Positions 9,169-18,090 of a DNA stretch of 64,000 nucleotides are shown here, one piece after another. The translations under genes were made by a program, and so were the position numbers. Each line of letters opens with the position of its first letter. The first letter of the stretch is position 1. A model generated the notes under the pieces. It had not been told where the DNA came from. It saw nothing but the letters and a program-made list of their open reading frames with translations, and ran no database searches. The DNA is from an uncultured Gammaproteobacteria bacterium (GTDB lineage: Bacteria; Patescibacteriota; Patescibacteriia; Magasanikbacterales; GWA2-37-8): contig CAZINT010000003.1 of NCBI GenBank assembly GCA_964540825.1, positions 147,250 to 211,249 on the forward strand, written 5' to 3'.

Positions 9169-11421
9169 ATGAAGACACTTGTCATTGTTGAATCTCCGAC
9201 CAAAGCCAAAACAATTACCAAATTCCTCGGCAAAAACTATAAAGTTTTGTCTTCTTTTGGCCATGTTCGTGACCTGCCTAAATCCAAACTCGGCGTTGAT
9301 GTTGAACACGGATTTGAACCCCAATACAGCGTCAGCAAAGATAAAGCCAAGGTAGTCAAAGAATTAAAAGACGCGGCCAAGAAAGCTGATCATGTACTAT
9401 TTGCTACTGACGAGGACCGCGAAGGAGAAGCAATTTCGTTTCATTTGGCCCATATTTTGGATATTGAACCCGAAAAGGCTGATCGTATTACGTTTCATGA
9501 AATTACCAAAGCAGCTATTGAGCACGCGATCGAGAACCCTCGTCACCTTGATCTCAAACTTGTCGACGCTCAGCAAGCCCGCCGCGTACTTGATCGCCTG
9601 GTTGGCTACAATCTCTCCCCATTTCTGTGGCGCAAAATTGCCCGCGGACTTTCAGCCGGCCGCGTGCAGTCCGTGGCCGTCCGCCTCGTGGTAGAGCGCG
9701 AACGAGAGATTCAAAATTTTAAACCAGAAGAATACTGGTCTATTGAAGCCGTGTTTACGACAAAAGAAAATGAAGAAAAGAAAAAGGAACAAAGTTTCGA
9801 GGCAAAGTTAACAATGATTAAAGATACAAAAATAGATAAACTTGATTTAAAAAATAAAGAGCAGGTTGACGGCATCCTCAAAGACTTAGAAAAAACTACG
9901 TACGCCATTCAGGATGTTGATCAGAAAAAAACGAAGCGTACTCCCCCGCCACCATTCACAACTTCGACCCTGCAGCAAGAAGCCAACAACACCCTTGGTT
10001 TTTCAGCCAAGCAAACTATGCGCCTGGCTCAGCAGCTCTACGAAGGCGTAGAGCTTGGAAGCGAAGGTCAGGTTGGTCTTATTACCTACATGCGTACCGA
10101 CGCCGTGAATTTGTCGGACAAATTTTTGACGGAAGCCCAGGCTATTATTGGCACTGAGTATGGTAAAAAATACCAGCTTTCTGAGCCGCGCCGTTTTAAA
10201 AACAAAAATAAAAATGCTCAGGAAGCCCACGAAGCGATTCGCCCCACCGAAGCTCTGCGTACCCCGGAGAGCGTTGAAGCGAGCCTCGAGAAAAATCAGG
10301 CTAAGCTGTACAGTCTCATTTGGCGCCGCGCTGTAGCGACGCAAATGGCCGACGCCGAACTCAATTCAGTCAGCATCGATGTAGCCAGCAAAAATAACTA
10401 CGTGTTTCATGCCACCGGTCAAACCATTACCTTTGACGGCTTTTTGAAACTCTACCCGGACAAGGCTAAAGAAAATTTACTTCCTACTGTTACTGTTGGC
10501 GACACTGCTCAAGCCAAAGAAATTAAACCTGAACAGCACTTTACCGAACCCCCCGCCCGCTATTCTGATGCGAGCCTGGTTAAGGTGCTGGAAGAATACG
10601 GTATTGGCCGTCCGTCAACGTACGCCCCAACGATTGCCACCATTGAAGATCGCGGCTACGTTGAACGCAATGAACAAAAAAAATTACAACCCAAAGATAT
10701 TGCCTATCTGGTCAACGATTTACTTGTTGAACATTTCCCGCAAATTGTGGATTTTCAGTTTACTGCTCAGATGGAAGAAAATCTTGATGCCGTAGCTGAG
10801 GGGGACAAAAAATGGCAGCCGGTTATCGCTGATTTTTATACTCCCTTCAAACAAAATCTGGATGTTAAAGAAACCGAGATAGATAAGAAAAAATTGACCG
10901 AAGAAACCACTGATGAAGTATGCGAAAAATGCGGCAAGCCGATGGTCATTAAACGCGGACGCTTTGGCAAGTTCCTCGCCTGCACTGGTTACCCGGAATG
11001 TAAAAACACCAAACAACTCGCGAGCGATGACAAAACTCCCGCCCCCGCTGAGACCACCAGTGAAGTCTGCGAGAAATGCGGTAAACCGATGCAGATTAAG
11101 CATGGGCGGTTTGGCAAGTTTCTTGGCTGTACCGGTTACCCAGAATGCAAGAATCTTAAGTCAATCGAGATCAAAACCAATCTCAAATGCCCGAAATGTA
11201 ACGAGGGCGATATTATCCAAAAGAAGAGTAAACGTGGTAAACTATTCTTTGCCTGCAATAAATACCCAGCGTGCGATTTTGCGCTCTGGGAAAAGCCTAC
11301 GGGCGAGATGTGCCCGGAATCGAAAGACCCGCTTGTCTTTGCGACTAAGGGAGTTATCAAATGCAGCAACAAAGAATGTAGTTTTAAAAAAGAAGCTTCA
11401 GACGCCGCTGATGCCCCGTAA
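9169..11421 (+). CDS. topA: DNA topoisomerase I
   Basis: 750 aa; Toprim MKTLVIVESPTKAKTI, catalytic Tyr region, C-terminal repeated CxxC..CxxC zinc ribbons (CEKCGKPM..). Confidence 0.95.
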   Translation: MKTLVIVESPTKAKTITKFLGKNYKVLSSFGHVRDLPKSKLGVDVEHGFEPQYSVSKDKAKVVKELKDAAKKADHVLFATDEDREGEAISFHLAHILDIEPEKADRITFHEITKAAIEHAIENPRHLDLKLVDAQQARRVLDRLVGYNLSPFLWRKIARGLSAGRVQSVAVRLVVEREREIQNFKPEEYWSIEAVFTTKENEEKKKEQSFEAKLTMIKDTKIDKLDLKNKEQVDGILKDLEKTTYAIQDVDQKKTKRTPPPPFTTSTLQQEANNTLGFSAKQTMRLAQQLYEGVELGSEGQVGLITYMRTDAVNLSDKFLTEAQAIIGTEYGKKYQLSEPRRFKNKNKNAQEAHEAIRPTEALRTPESVEASLEKNQAKLYSLIWRRAVATQMADAELNSVSIDVASKNNYVFHATGQTITFDGFLKLYPDKAKENLLPTVTVGDTAQAKEIKPEQHFTEPPARYSDASLVKVLEEYGIGRPSTYAPTIATIEDRGYVERNEQKKLQPKDIAYLVNDLLVEHFPQIVDFQFTAQMEENLDAVAEGDKKWQPVIADFYTPFKQNLDVKETEIDKKKLTEETTDEVCEKCGKPMVIKRGRFGKFLACTGYPECKNTKQLASDDKTPAPAETTSEVCEKCGKPMQIKHGRFGKFLGCTGYPECKNLKSIEIKTNLKCPKCNEGDIIQKKSKRGKLFFACNKYPACDFALWEKPTGEMCPESKDPLVFATKGVIKCSNKECSFKKEASDAADAP

Positions 11422-11424
11422 CCT

Positions 11425-11922
11425 ATGGATCAAAACGTACTTACCCCTTCACCCACCAACCGTCGCCTTATCGGCATTATTGCCTTTGCTTTTTTGATTA
11501 CATTTGCGGCAGCACGCTTGATTGTCTATCTGGTTCTCGGGAAGCTGCTGCCCAACTTTTTTCTGACAGTACGCGGCGTGCATATTCACCATTTTACCTA
11601 CGGCGTATTTATTCTTGTCGGGGTTGGCTTTTACCTGCTTATGCGGCGCCCTCATATTGGCAGTCGCGCTTTTCGCTGGGCCACATTTATCTATGGCGTG
11701 GGACTCGGACTCACGTTCGACGAATTTGGCATGTGGATTCGCTTGCAGGATAATTACTGGGTACGTCAGAGTTATGACGCCGTCATCATTATCACTCTCC
11801 TTCTCCTCAATATCGCTTACTATAAATCGATCTTAAAATGGCTGAAAGAAATTCAGCACATGATACGCGAATACTTTTATAATGAGCCGATTTTGCCTGA
11901 GGATACTTCGGAAGACACCTAA
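11425..11922 (+). CDS. Hypothetical integral membrane protein (about 4 TM helices)
   Basis: 165 aa, four hydrophobic segments; translationally coupled to topA (4-nt gap). Confidence 0.5.
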   Translation: MDQNVLTPSPTNRRLIGIIAFAFLITFAAARLIVYLVLGKLLPNFFLTVRGVHIHHFTYGVFILVGVGFYLLMRRPHIGSRAFRWATFIYGVGLGLTFDEFGMWIRLQDNYWVRQSYDAVIIITLLLLNIAYYKSILKWLKEIQHMIREYFYNEPILPEDTSEDT

Positions 11923-11925
11923 CTA

Positions 11926-11955
11926 AAAAATCCCTCAAAAAGGGATTTTTTAGTA
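11926..11955 (+). terminator. Rho-independent terminator
   Basis: aaaaatccctc-aaaaa-gggatttttt. Confidence 0.7.
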
Positions 11956-12225
11956 GGCCTCTAAAGGAAAACCTTGATGCCAATGGTGATACTAAGGCCC
12001 GTTAGAAGAGCCTACAAAAACCAGTCTAGCACAAAACTGTTTAAAAAGCAAGCTTTTAAGCCTAAAAAAAGCCCTTAAAAACAGCATCACCTCTGTTATT
12101 ACTAACAAAGGTGGTGTGTTGGCGCTAAAGTTTTGAACTTAGTATCACGACTACACTATAGCATATTTTTCGCTTCTTGTCAAGTAGCCCCGCCGGTGTT
12201 AAGGTAGAGCAGTAATGATTTTTAT

Positions 12226-13734
12226 ATGAGTTCTAAAATTACCATTCCAACCACCCTAACGGTTGAAGATTTAATCGAAAAAATTAAATCTTATAACCCT
12301 GGAGCTGATTTTGATTTGGTGCGTTTGGTCTATGATTTCGCCGCCAAAGCCCACGAAGGTCAGTTTCGCAAAAGCGGTGAACCCTATATCGTTCACCCGC
12401 TCTCGGCTGCTTATATTTTGTCGCAAATTCGCATGGATACAAATATTATCCTTGCCACCCTCCTCCATGATGTCCCCGAAGATACCCCTATAACCCTGGC
12501 TGAGATTGAGCAAAATTTTGGCCCTGATATTGCCAAGATGATTGAGGGTATTACCAAACTCGGTAAGCTCAAATACCGGGGCGTGGAACGCTATATCGAA
12601 AATCTGCGCAAAATGTTCGTAGCCATGGCCGAAGATGTTCGCGTCATGATTATTAAATTTGCCGATCGCATTCACAACCTGTCGACACTTGATTCACTGC
12701 CCGAAAAAAAGCGCTACCGCATTGCCCTTGAGAGCCTTGAAATTTATGCCCCGATCGCCCATCGCCTGGGGATGGGCGAATTCAAGGGCATGCTGGAAGA
12801 CTTGTCGTTTCGGTATGTGTATCCAAAAGAATATGAACGAACCGCTGTACTTCGTGACCGAGTATTTAGTGATGAGGAACCCTATGTTGAAAAAGTCATG
12901 GCGCAAATTCGCGCGGAACTCTTGAAAGCCGACGTCAAACTCCTTGAAACACATGGCCGCAAAAAACAGCTCTATAGCTTGTACCAAAAACTGCTTAAAA
13001 AAGATTGGCAGACTGACAAAATTTACGATATTGTCGCACTGCGTATTATTGTTGGCAATGTCGGCGACTGCTACGCCACGCTTGGCATCATTCATAAACT
13101 CTGGCGCCCGCTTAAAGGCCGTATCAAAGATTATATTGCCCAGCCAAAACCCAATGGCTACAAATCACTTCATACTACTGTCTTTTGCGAAGGCGGCAAG
13201 GTAGTTGAATTCCAAATTCGCACGCGCACCATGCATGACGAAGCAGAATTCGGTGTGGCCGCACACTGGCTCTACGACGAAAACGGTTCCCGCCTTCCTC
13301 AAAAAGATGTGGCCTGGGCCAAAGAACTTGCCCGTATTCAGCAAGAAATTTTAGTTAAAGAATCTGACCTTGAAGACTTGAAAGTAGACTTTTTTCAGAA
13401 TCATATTTTTGTCTTCACCCCGCAGGGTGACGTCATCGATTTGCCGGAAAATGCCACGCCGGTAGATTTCGCCTATCATATTCACAGCGAGATCGGCAAC
13501 AAGTGTAGCGGCGCCCGAGTGAACGACCAGCTTATGCCGCTCAACGCGAGCCTCAAAAGCGGTGACATGGTAGAAATTATTACTGATAAAAACCGCAAAG
13601 GTCCGAGCCCTGACTGGCTGAAATCGGTGAAGACGCATTTGGCCAAAGCACAAATTAAAAGCGGTCTCAAAAATACTTCGCTCAGTAATTGGCTCAAATT
13701 TATTCTCCCGAAGAAAGATAAAAAATCAATCTAA
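12226..13734 (+). CDS. rel: RelA/SpoT-homolog (p)ppGpp synthetase/hydrolase, short form (HD + synthetase + TGS, no ACT/RRM tail)
   Basis: 502 aa; HD motif HDVPEDT, synthetase region (YKSLHTTV, GRIKDYIAQPKPNGY), TGS domain near the C-terminus. Confidence 0.85.
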   Translation: MSSKITIPTTLTVEDLIEKIKSYNPGADFDLVRLVYDFAAKAHEGQFRKSGEPYIVHPLSAAYILSQIRMDTNIILATLLHDVPEDTPITLAEIEQNFGPDIAKMIEGITKLGKLKYRGVERYIENLRKMFVAMAEDVRVMIIKFADRIHNLSTLDSLPEKKRYRIALESLEIYAPIAHRLGMGEFKGMLEDLSFRYVYPKEYERTAVLRDRVFSDEEPYVEKVMAQIRAELLKADVKLLETHGRKKQLYSLYQKLLKKDWQTDKIYDIVALRIIVGNVGDCYATLGIIHKLWRPLKGRIKDYIAQPKPNGYKSLHTTVFCEGGKVVEFQIRTRTMHDEAEFGVAAHWLYDENGSRLPQKDVAWAKELARIQQEILVKESDLEDLKVDFFQNHIFVFTPQGDVIDLPENATPVDFAYHIHSEIGNKCSGARVNDQLMPLNASLKSGDMVEIITDKNRKGPSPDWLKSVKTHLAKAQIKSGLKNTSLSNWLKFILPKKDKKSI

Positions 13735-13736
13735 AA

Positions 13737-13772
13737 TAAAAAAGCCGGTCGTATCTGCGACCGGCTCTTTTT
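13737..13772. terminator. Bidirectional terminator between rel and parB
   Basis: aaaaaagccggtcg-tatctg-cgaccggctctttttt. Confidence 0.7.
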
Positions 13773-14623
13773 TAATCTCCCAAAATTTTCTTGACAATAT
13801 CAGCCAATTCTTCAGGCGAATGAAATTGAATCGTGACCGATCCTTTGCCGCCGCGTTCACTAATTGTAGTCTTGGCACCAAGCGCCGAGCGCATTTGCGT
13901 TTCGAAGTACACAATATTTGGGTCTCGCCGAACGGCTGCACCACCCGTTCGCTTGGCTGCAGCACCCTGTTCGAGTTCGCGTACCGTAACTTTTTTACCG
14001 ATCATGGATTGAAAGGTATCAAGCTGATCTTTTTCGGTTGGCAGGGATAAGAGTGCCCGGCCTTGACCACTGGTAATTTGTTTATTGATGAGGGCGGCTT
14101 GAATGGCATCGGGTAGATCCAACAAGCGCACCGTGTTGGCAATTGCCGAGCGACTTTTGCCGACCTGCTTGGCTACAGCTTCTTGGGTCAAACCAAATTC
14201 ATCAATAAGGCGCTGAAATGAAACGGCTTCTTCAATCGGATTTAAATCTTGACGCTGAATATTCTCGATGAGCGCTACTTCTAATTTTTCACGGTCAGCA
14301 AGTTCTTTAACGATAACCGGAATCGTCGAACGACCCGCGATTTGGGAGGCGCGAAAGCGGCGCTCTCCGGCAATAATTTCGTAGCCGCCTGTTGGCAGTT
14401 CGCTCACGAGTATTGGCTGGAGCACGCCATGCTCTTTGATGGACTCCGAAAGCTCAGACAGTTCTTCAGGCGAAAATGTTCGACGCGGCTGGGCAGGATT
14501 CGCGTGGATATCCGACAGCGGAATTTGCCACACCTTTTCATCGCTTTTACCGGTCGCTGGAGTTTTGGGACGACCGTTTGTTGTGGGGGTAATGAGGGCA
14601 CCAAGGCCGCGACCGAGAGACAT
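13772..14623 (-). CDS. parB: Chromosome partitioning protein ParB (Spo0J)
   Basis: 283 aa; ParB box GERRFRA, HTH region, LQPILV / IENIQR motifs. Confidence 0.9.
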   Translation of the reverse strand: MSLGRGLGALITPTTNGRPKTPATGKSDEKVWQIPLSDIHANPAQPRRTFSPEELSELSESIKEHGVLQPILVSELPTGGYEIIAGERRFRASQIAGRSTIPVIVKELADREKLEVALIENIQRQDLNPIEEAVSFQRLIDEFGLTQEAVAKQVGKSRSAIANTVRLLDLPDAIQAALINKQITSGQGRALLSLPTEKDQLDTFQSMIGKKVTVRELEQGAAAKRTGGAAVRRDPNIVYFETQMRSALGAKTTISERGGKGSVTIQFHSPEELADIVKKILGD

Positions 14624-14654
14624 AAGGGAAAGTTAGCAAGTAGAGCCTAAAAAA

Positions 14655-15434
14655 TTAATTGTTTTTAATTTGATCAAAATAATCTAACACTTCGCGTGTG
14701 AGGCGTTCGTACGCTTTAGCTGCTTTACCACTTGGCTCATAATGAAAAATACTTTTACCATAACTCGGCGCTTCAGCGAGGCGGACGGTGCGCGGAATGA
14801 CTGACCGAAAAATAGTATTTGGAAAATATTTATAGAGTTCTTGCAACACTTCTTCGCTGAGGCGATTGCGTGTATCAAACATGGTCAAAATCGCTCCGAG
14901 CACATTTAAATCTGGTTTAATATTATCACGTACCAGCTCGATCGTTTTAAGGAGCTGCCCCAGGCCTTCAAGCGCAAAGTATTCGGCTTGGACAGGGATA
15001 AGAATATGATCGGCCGCCACAAGACCATTGAGCGTTAAAATACCCAATGACGGAGGGCAATCAATAACAATATAATCGTAAGCATGTTTTATTTCACTTA
15101 AAATATCTAAAAGTTTTGATTCGCGGCCTTCAACTGCAACGAGCTCTACATTTGCTCCGGCCAGGTCGGGCGTTGCCGGCACAACACGGAGTCCTGCGTG
15201 CGCCGTATTCGAAATAACATCGTGGAGGCGTTCTTGCCCCATAATGGCGTGGTAGAGACCACGCGCCAATCCTTCGTTTTTGAGCCCAAGGCCAGAGGTT
15301 GCGTTGCCTTGTGGATCGAGGTCAACCAGGAGGACAAATTTGCCTGTTTCAGCAAGCCCGGCGGCCAAATTAACAGCCGTCGTAGTCTTGCCCACTCCCC
15401 CTTTTTGATTGACGACGGAAATAACAACGGACAT
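14655..15434 (-). CDS. parA: Chromosome partitioning ATPase ParA (Soj)
   Basis: Deviant Walker A VVNQKGGVGKTTTAVNLAA; start set at the internal Met (MSVVISVV) because the longer ORF would overlap the tRNA-Leu gene. Confidence 0.9.
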   Translation of the reverse strand: MSVVISVVNQKGGVGKTTTAVNLAAGLAETGKFVLLVDLDPQGNATSGLGLKNEGLARGLYHAIMGQERLHDVISNTAHAGLRVVPATPDLAGANVELVAVEGRESKLLDILSEIKHAYDYIVIDCPPSLGILTLNGLVAADHILIPVQAEYFALEGLGQLLKTIELVRDNIKPDLNVLGAILTMFDTRNRLSEEVLQELYKYFPNTIFRSVIPRTVRLAEAPSYGKSIFHYEPSGKAAKAYERLTREVLDYFDQIKNN

Positions 15435-15475
15435 ACTAACGTGAAGAATAGAAGTAGTCACCAGTATACCACGAC

Positions 15476-15504
15476 GTTGACAAAATTCCAAAAGGAAACT
15501 AAAC
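15476..15504 (+). promoter_or_regulatory. Sigma70-like promoter TTGACA-N17-TAAACT upstream of tRNA-Leu
   Basis: Hexamers read directly, about 22 nt upstream of tRNA position 1. Confidence 0.45.
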
Positions 15505-15526
15505 TGTGCTCGAGACGCACCATATT

Positions 15527-15610
15527 GCCCAGATGGCGGAACTGGTAGACGCACGGGACTCAAAATCCCGCGATGGCGACATCATGAGAGTTCGATTCTC
15601 TCTCTGGGCA
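15527..15610 (+). tRNA. tRNA-Leu (anticodon CAA), long variable arm
   Basis: Acceptor GCCCAGA/TCTGGGC, anticodon loop CTCAAAA, long variable arm, T-arm GAGAG-TTCGATT-CTCTC, discriminator A. Confidence 0.85.
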
Positions 15611-15656
15611 CTAAACTAAATACAGCTCCTCACAACGGGAGCTGTATTTAGTTTAG
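15611..15656 (+). terminator. Perfect 19-bp-stem hairpin immediately 3' of tRNA-Leu
   Basis: ctaaactaaatacagctcc / ggagctgtatttagtttag with an 8-nt loop, followed by TTCT. Confidence 0.5.
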
Positions 15657-15766
15657 TTCTAAAAAAGAATCGAACCAAGGGTGGTAGGGAAAGCATTCCC
15701 CTACATCCTGAGGAAGGCACACGGAAACCCGCTGGTTGCCGTGAAGGAGCAAAGCGACACGTGAGC

Positions 15767-15782
15767 TTCTCTCTCTGGGCAC
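15767..15782 (+). repeat. Direct repeat of the 3' 16 nt of tRNA-Leu (attR-like integration scar)
   Basis: ttctctctctgggcac is identical to 15596..15611 (T-loop end, T-stem, acceptor 3' strand, discriminator). Confidence 0.6.
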
Positions 15783-15808
15783 ATACGAAATTTCTCTTGT
15801 TTTGTTGC

Positions 15809-15837
15809 ACCTTAAAACACTCCGTCAATGGAGTGTT
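15809..15837 (+). terminator. Rho-independent terminator
   Basis: aaaacactcc-gtcaat-ggagtgtttttt. Confidence 0.6.
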
Positions 15838-15998
15838 TTTTGACTGCTTACACACACTTAATCCCATGCTTAACGCTCATCAAGTCTTGACAAAACGAGA
15901 AATGTATCCCAGTATACGCGCACCAGAAAGTAGCGCGCACTAGATGCGCGCCTGGCCCTGTCTGCAGTGGTTTCTAAAAGAAGAGTGGGAGGATGCCT

Positions 15999-16355
15999 AT
16001 GCGATGGCTTGGAATTTTGTTTTTAGTAGCTGGCTGCGAGGCGAGCCAGCCAGCGCAGCCCGAGGCGCGAGACGGCGGCGCGACCGCCGACCTTGTCCAC
16101 CACCCTCGCTCCGATGGAGGCGTTGCCTGCACTCTAGCAGCGCCTCAAGACTGCCGCCTCGTCCTTGAGGGACCGAACTGGTGCTGCCCTGAGAGCGCGC
16201 TCTGCGGCGGCAGCGTGGGAGCGTGCGAGCCGTGCCCGTCCATGCGGGGGCTGCGCGAGCACGAGTCCGGACCAGGGCTCTGCTACAACCAGATCTGCTG
16301 CCCGAGCGGCCGCTCGTGTGCGGTATCCGGGCCAGGCCAGTACTTCTGCAACTGA
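15999..16355 (+). CDS. Hypothetical cysteine-rich lipoprotein (G+C-rich block)
   Basis: SD GGGAGG 6 nt before ATG 15999; MRWLGILFLVAGC lipobox signal peptide; 11 more Cys in about 105 aa (CC, CxxC pairs). Confidence 0.45.
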   Translation: MRWLGILFLVAGCEASQPAQPEARDGGATADLVHHPRSDGGVACTLAAPQDCRLVLEGPNWCCPESALCGGSVGACEPCPSMRGLREHESGPGLCYNQICCPSGRSCAVSGPGQYFCN

Positions 16356-16553
16356 CACCCCTCCTCGTTCAGCCGTTCTCTTCCCTCCTCCGGATGGCAG
16401 CCGCACCCCGATCGCTTGCCCTCCGTTCAGTGTCTAGACTTTTTGTAGGTACTGAACGCAAGCGGTCCTCTCAACAGCCTCTTACCTGGGGCTGTTTTGT
16501 TTTCTCGTTATTAACAAAAAATTATGCTATACTGAACACACTTTTATCACTGT

Positions 16554-17510
16554 ATGAATGTCTACCTGATTATTTTGTACGGCTATTTCTTGGTTGCCGG
16601 CGTACTTATCTATTTTTTTAACCGTGATCGCCAAAATCCGGCTGTTTTCCTAGGACAGCACCGCTCGCTCGCCTGGATACTTATGGGCGTACTCGTCTTT
16701 GGCATCATTTGCGGCGTTGATGCCCGGTTTATTGAAATCAATCGCCTTGTCGTGCATGAGGAAACTGTTGCTACACCTGATATAACCAAACCCATCCGCA
16801 TTGCCTTCATTGGTGATCTGCATGTAGGCGGCAACAAAAAAACCGCTTGGACACAAAAAGTAGTCAACAAAATTATCGAGCAAAAACCCGATCTCGTTAT
16901 TATCGGCGGGGACAGCGTCTATAATCATGGCGGAAATTTGGACGAAAGCGAATACCTGGAACCGCTGCGCGAATTACCAAAACATTTTCCTACGTACTAT
17001 GTTATGGGTAATCATGAATATGGTTATGCCGATCTGGGGTTTCAAGAAAATGCGGACCAATCAGCCGCGGTGATGCAAAAAATGAATGATATGGGACTCG
17101 TGCTCCTTAAAAATCAGTTAGGATGCCCGAAGGTGGGCAGTGAACGAGTATGCCTCTATGGAATTGATGACGTGTATCGTAATCAGGTTAGTTTTGACGA
17201 AGTGACCAAATGGAATAAAACTGCACCTTTAATTTTAGTTACTCACAATCCTGACGGTATACTCGCGTGGCCCGACGCAACTTCTGTGCCAGCTCTTACC
17301 CTCGCCGCACATACCCACGGCGGACAAATCTGGCTGCCGTTTATCGGCCCTCTTGGGCGTGTCCCGGTCCGCTTGGGCACGAAGTATTATCGCGGACTGA
17401 ACGACTATAATGGCCTGAAGATTTTTACCACTGTTGGCGTAAGCGAATCGGGCGGGCCGATTAGATTTTTGACACCGCCCGAAATTGCGATTATTACACT
17501 CGCACCGTAA
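16554..17510 (+). CDS. Membrane-anchored metallophosphoesterase (calcineurin-like, YkuE-type)
   Basis: 318 aa; two N-terminal TM helices, GDLH..GN..GNHE..H..GH metal-binding motifs; extended -10 tgcTATACT upstream. Confidence 0.8.
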   Translation: MNVYLIILYGYFLVAGVLIYFFNRDRQNPAVFLGQHRSLAWILMGVLVFGIICGVDARFIEINRLVVHEETVATPDITKPIRIAFIGDLHVGGNKKTAWTQKVVNKIIEQKPDLVIIGGDSVYNHGGNLDESEYLEPLRELPKHFPTYYVMGNHEYGYADLGFQENADQSAAVMQKMNDMGLVLLKNQLGCPKVGSERVCLYGIDDVYRNQVSFDEVTKWNKTAPLILVTHNPDGILAWPDATSVPALTLAAHTHGGQIWLPFIGPLGRVPVRLGTKYYRGLNDYNGLKIFTTVGVSESGGPIRFLTPPEIAIITLAP

Positions 17511-17513
17511 ATT

Positions 17514-17548
17514 AAAAATACCTCGATTTTATCGAGGTATTTTTTACG
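17514..17548 (+). terminator. Rho-independent terminator
   Basis: aaaaatacctcgat-ttt-atcgaggtatttttt. Confidence 0.75.
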
Positions 17549-17625
17549 CTCAGTTAGTCTTTAACCACGAAAACCAAAAAATAAATACCCGTTTTTTACA
17601 CTTCTTCTTACAAATATTATTACAA

Positions 17626-17690
17626 GAAAAAGTGAAAGACCCACGAATGGGTCAGGCGGAGGATGACCGGCCGAAGCCAGGGTCATCCAC
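17626..17690 (-). terminator. Conserved family terminator cassette (two hairpins) 3' of gene 17716..18933
   Basis: Coding-sense CCTGAC-GACCCATTCGTGGGTC-TTTCACTTTTTC preceded by hairpin GGATGACC..GGTCATCC; identical copy at 23903..23965. Confidence 0.55.
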
Positions 17691-18090
17691 CTGGGGGTGG
17701 AAGGTACGTTCGGCGCTACCGAGGCAGCGCGGGCGAGAGAAGGAGGGGCGCGGTCGGAGCAGCCGGTCCGACGAGCTGCCAGATACTGTTTCCGATCTGC
17801 ACCCAGTACGAGCCGGCGGGGGCGCCGGCGGGAAGGGTTGCAGTGTAGGCGCTGCTCAGGGCAACGACGTCGAGGGCGACCATGCCTCCGGCGACGATCG
17901 CTCCAACAGCGAGGAGGCCGGCGAGCGTAGCTCTGCCGTTCGAGCCGTCCGGCGAGATGTAGTCCGGGCGGCCGCCCGGACCGATGACGAGACCCCTTCT
18001 TCGAGCAGCTGTTACATCCCCGAACATGCTGCCGGGGCCACTCCAGATGCGGACGGTCTGGGGGGTGGGGGTGGTGGGAGGGGTGGGGGT
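17635..18090. repeat. About 455-bp direct repeat copy 1 (pairs with 23911..24376)
   Basis: Essentially identical for about 325 bp then about 90% identical; covers the C-terminal module plus terminator of two paralogous genes. Confidence 0.85.

Noticed and set aside
14655-15563. 302-aa version of ParA from the ORF track
   Set aside because: The N-terminal 43 codons overlap the tRNA-Leu gene and its promoter; the Walker-A region begins right after the internal Met at 15434.
15660-15760. Possible SRP (4.5S) RNA because of GGAAGG/GGAAAC motifs
   Set aside because: The conserved domain-IV sequence (GGUCCGGAAGGAAGCAGC..) and a closing helix could not be aligned convincingly.
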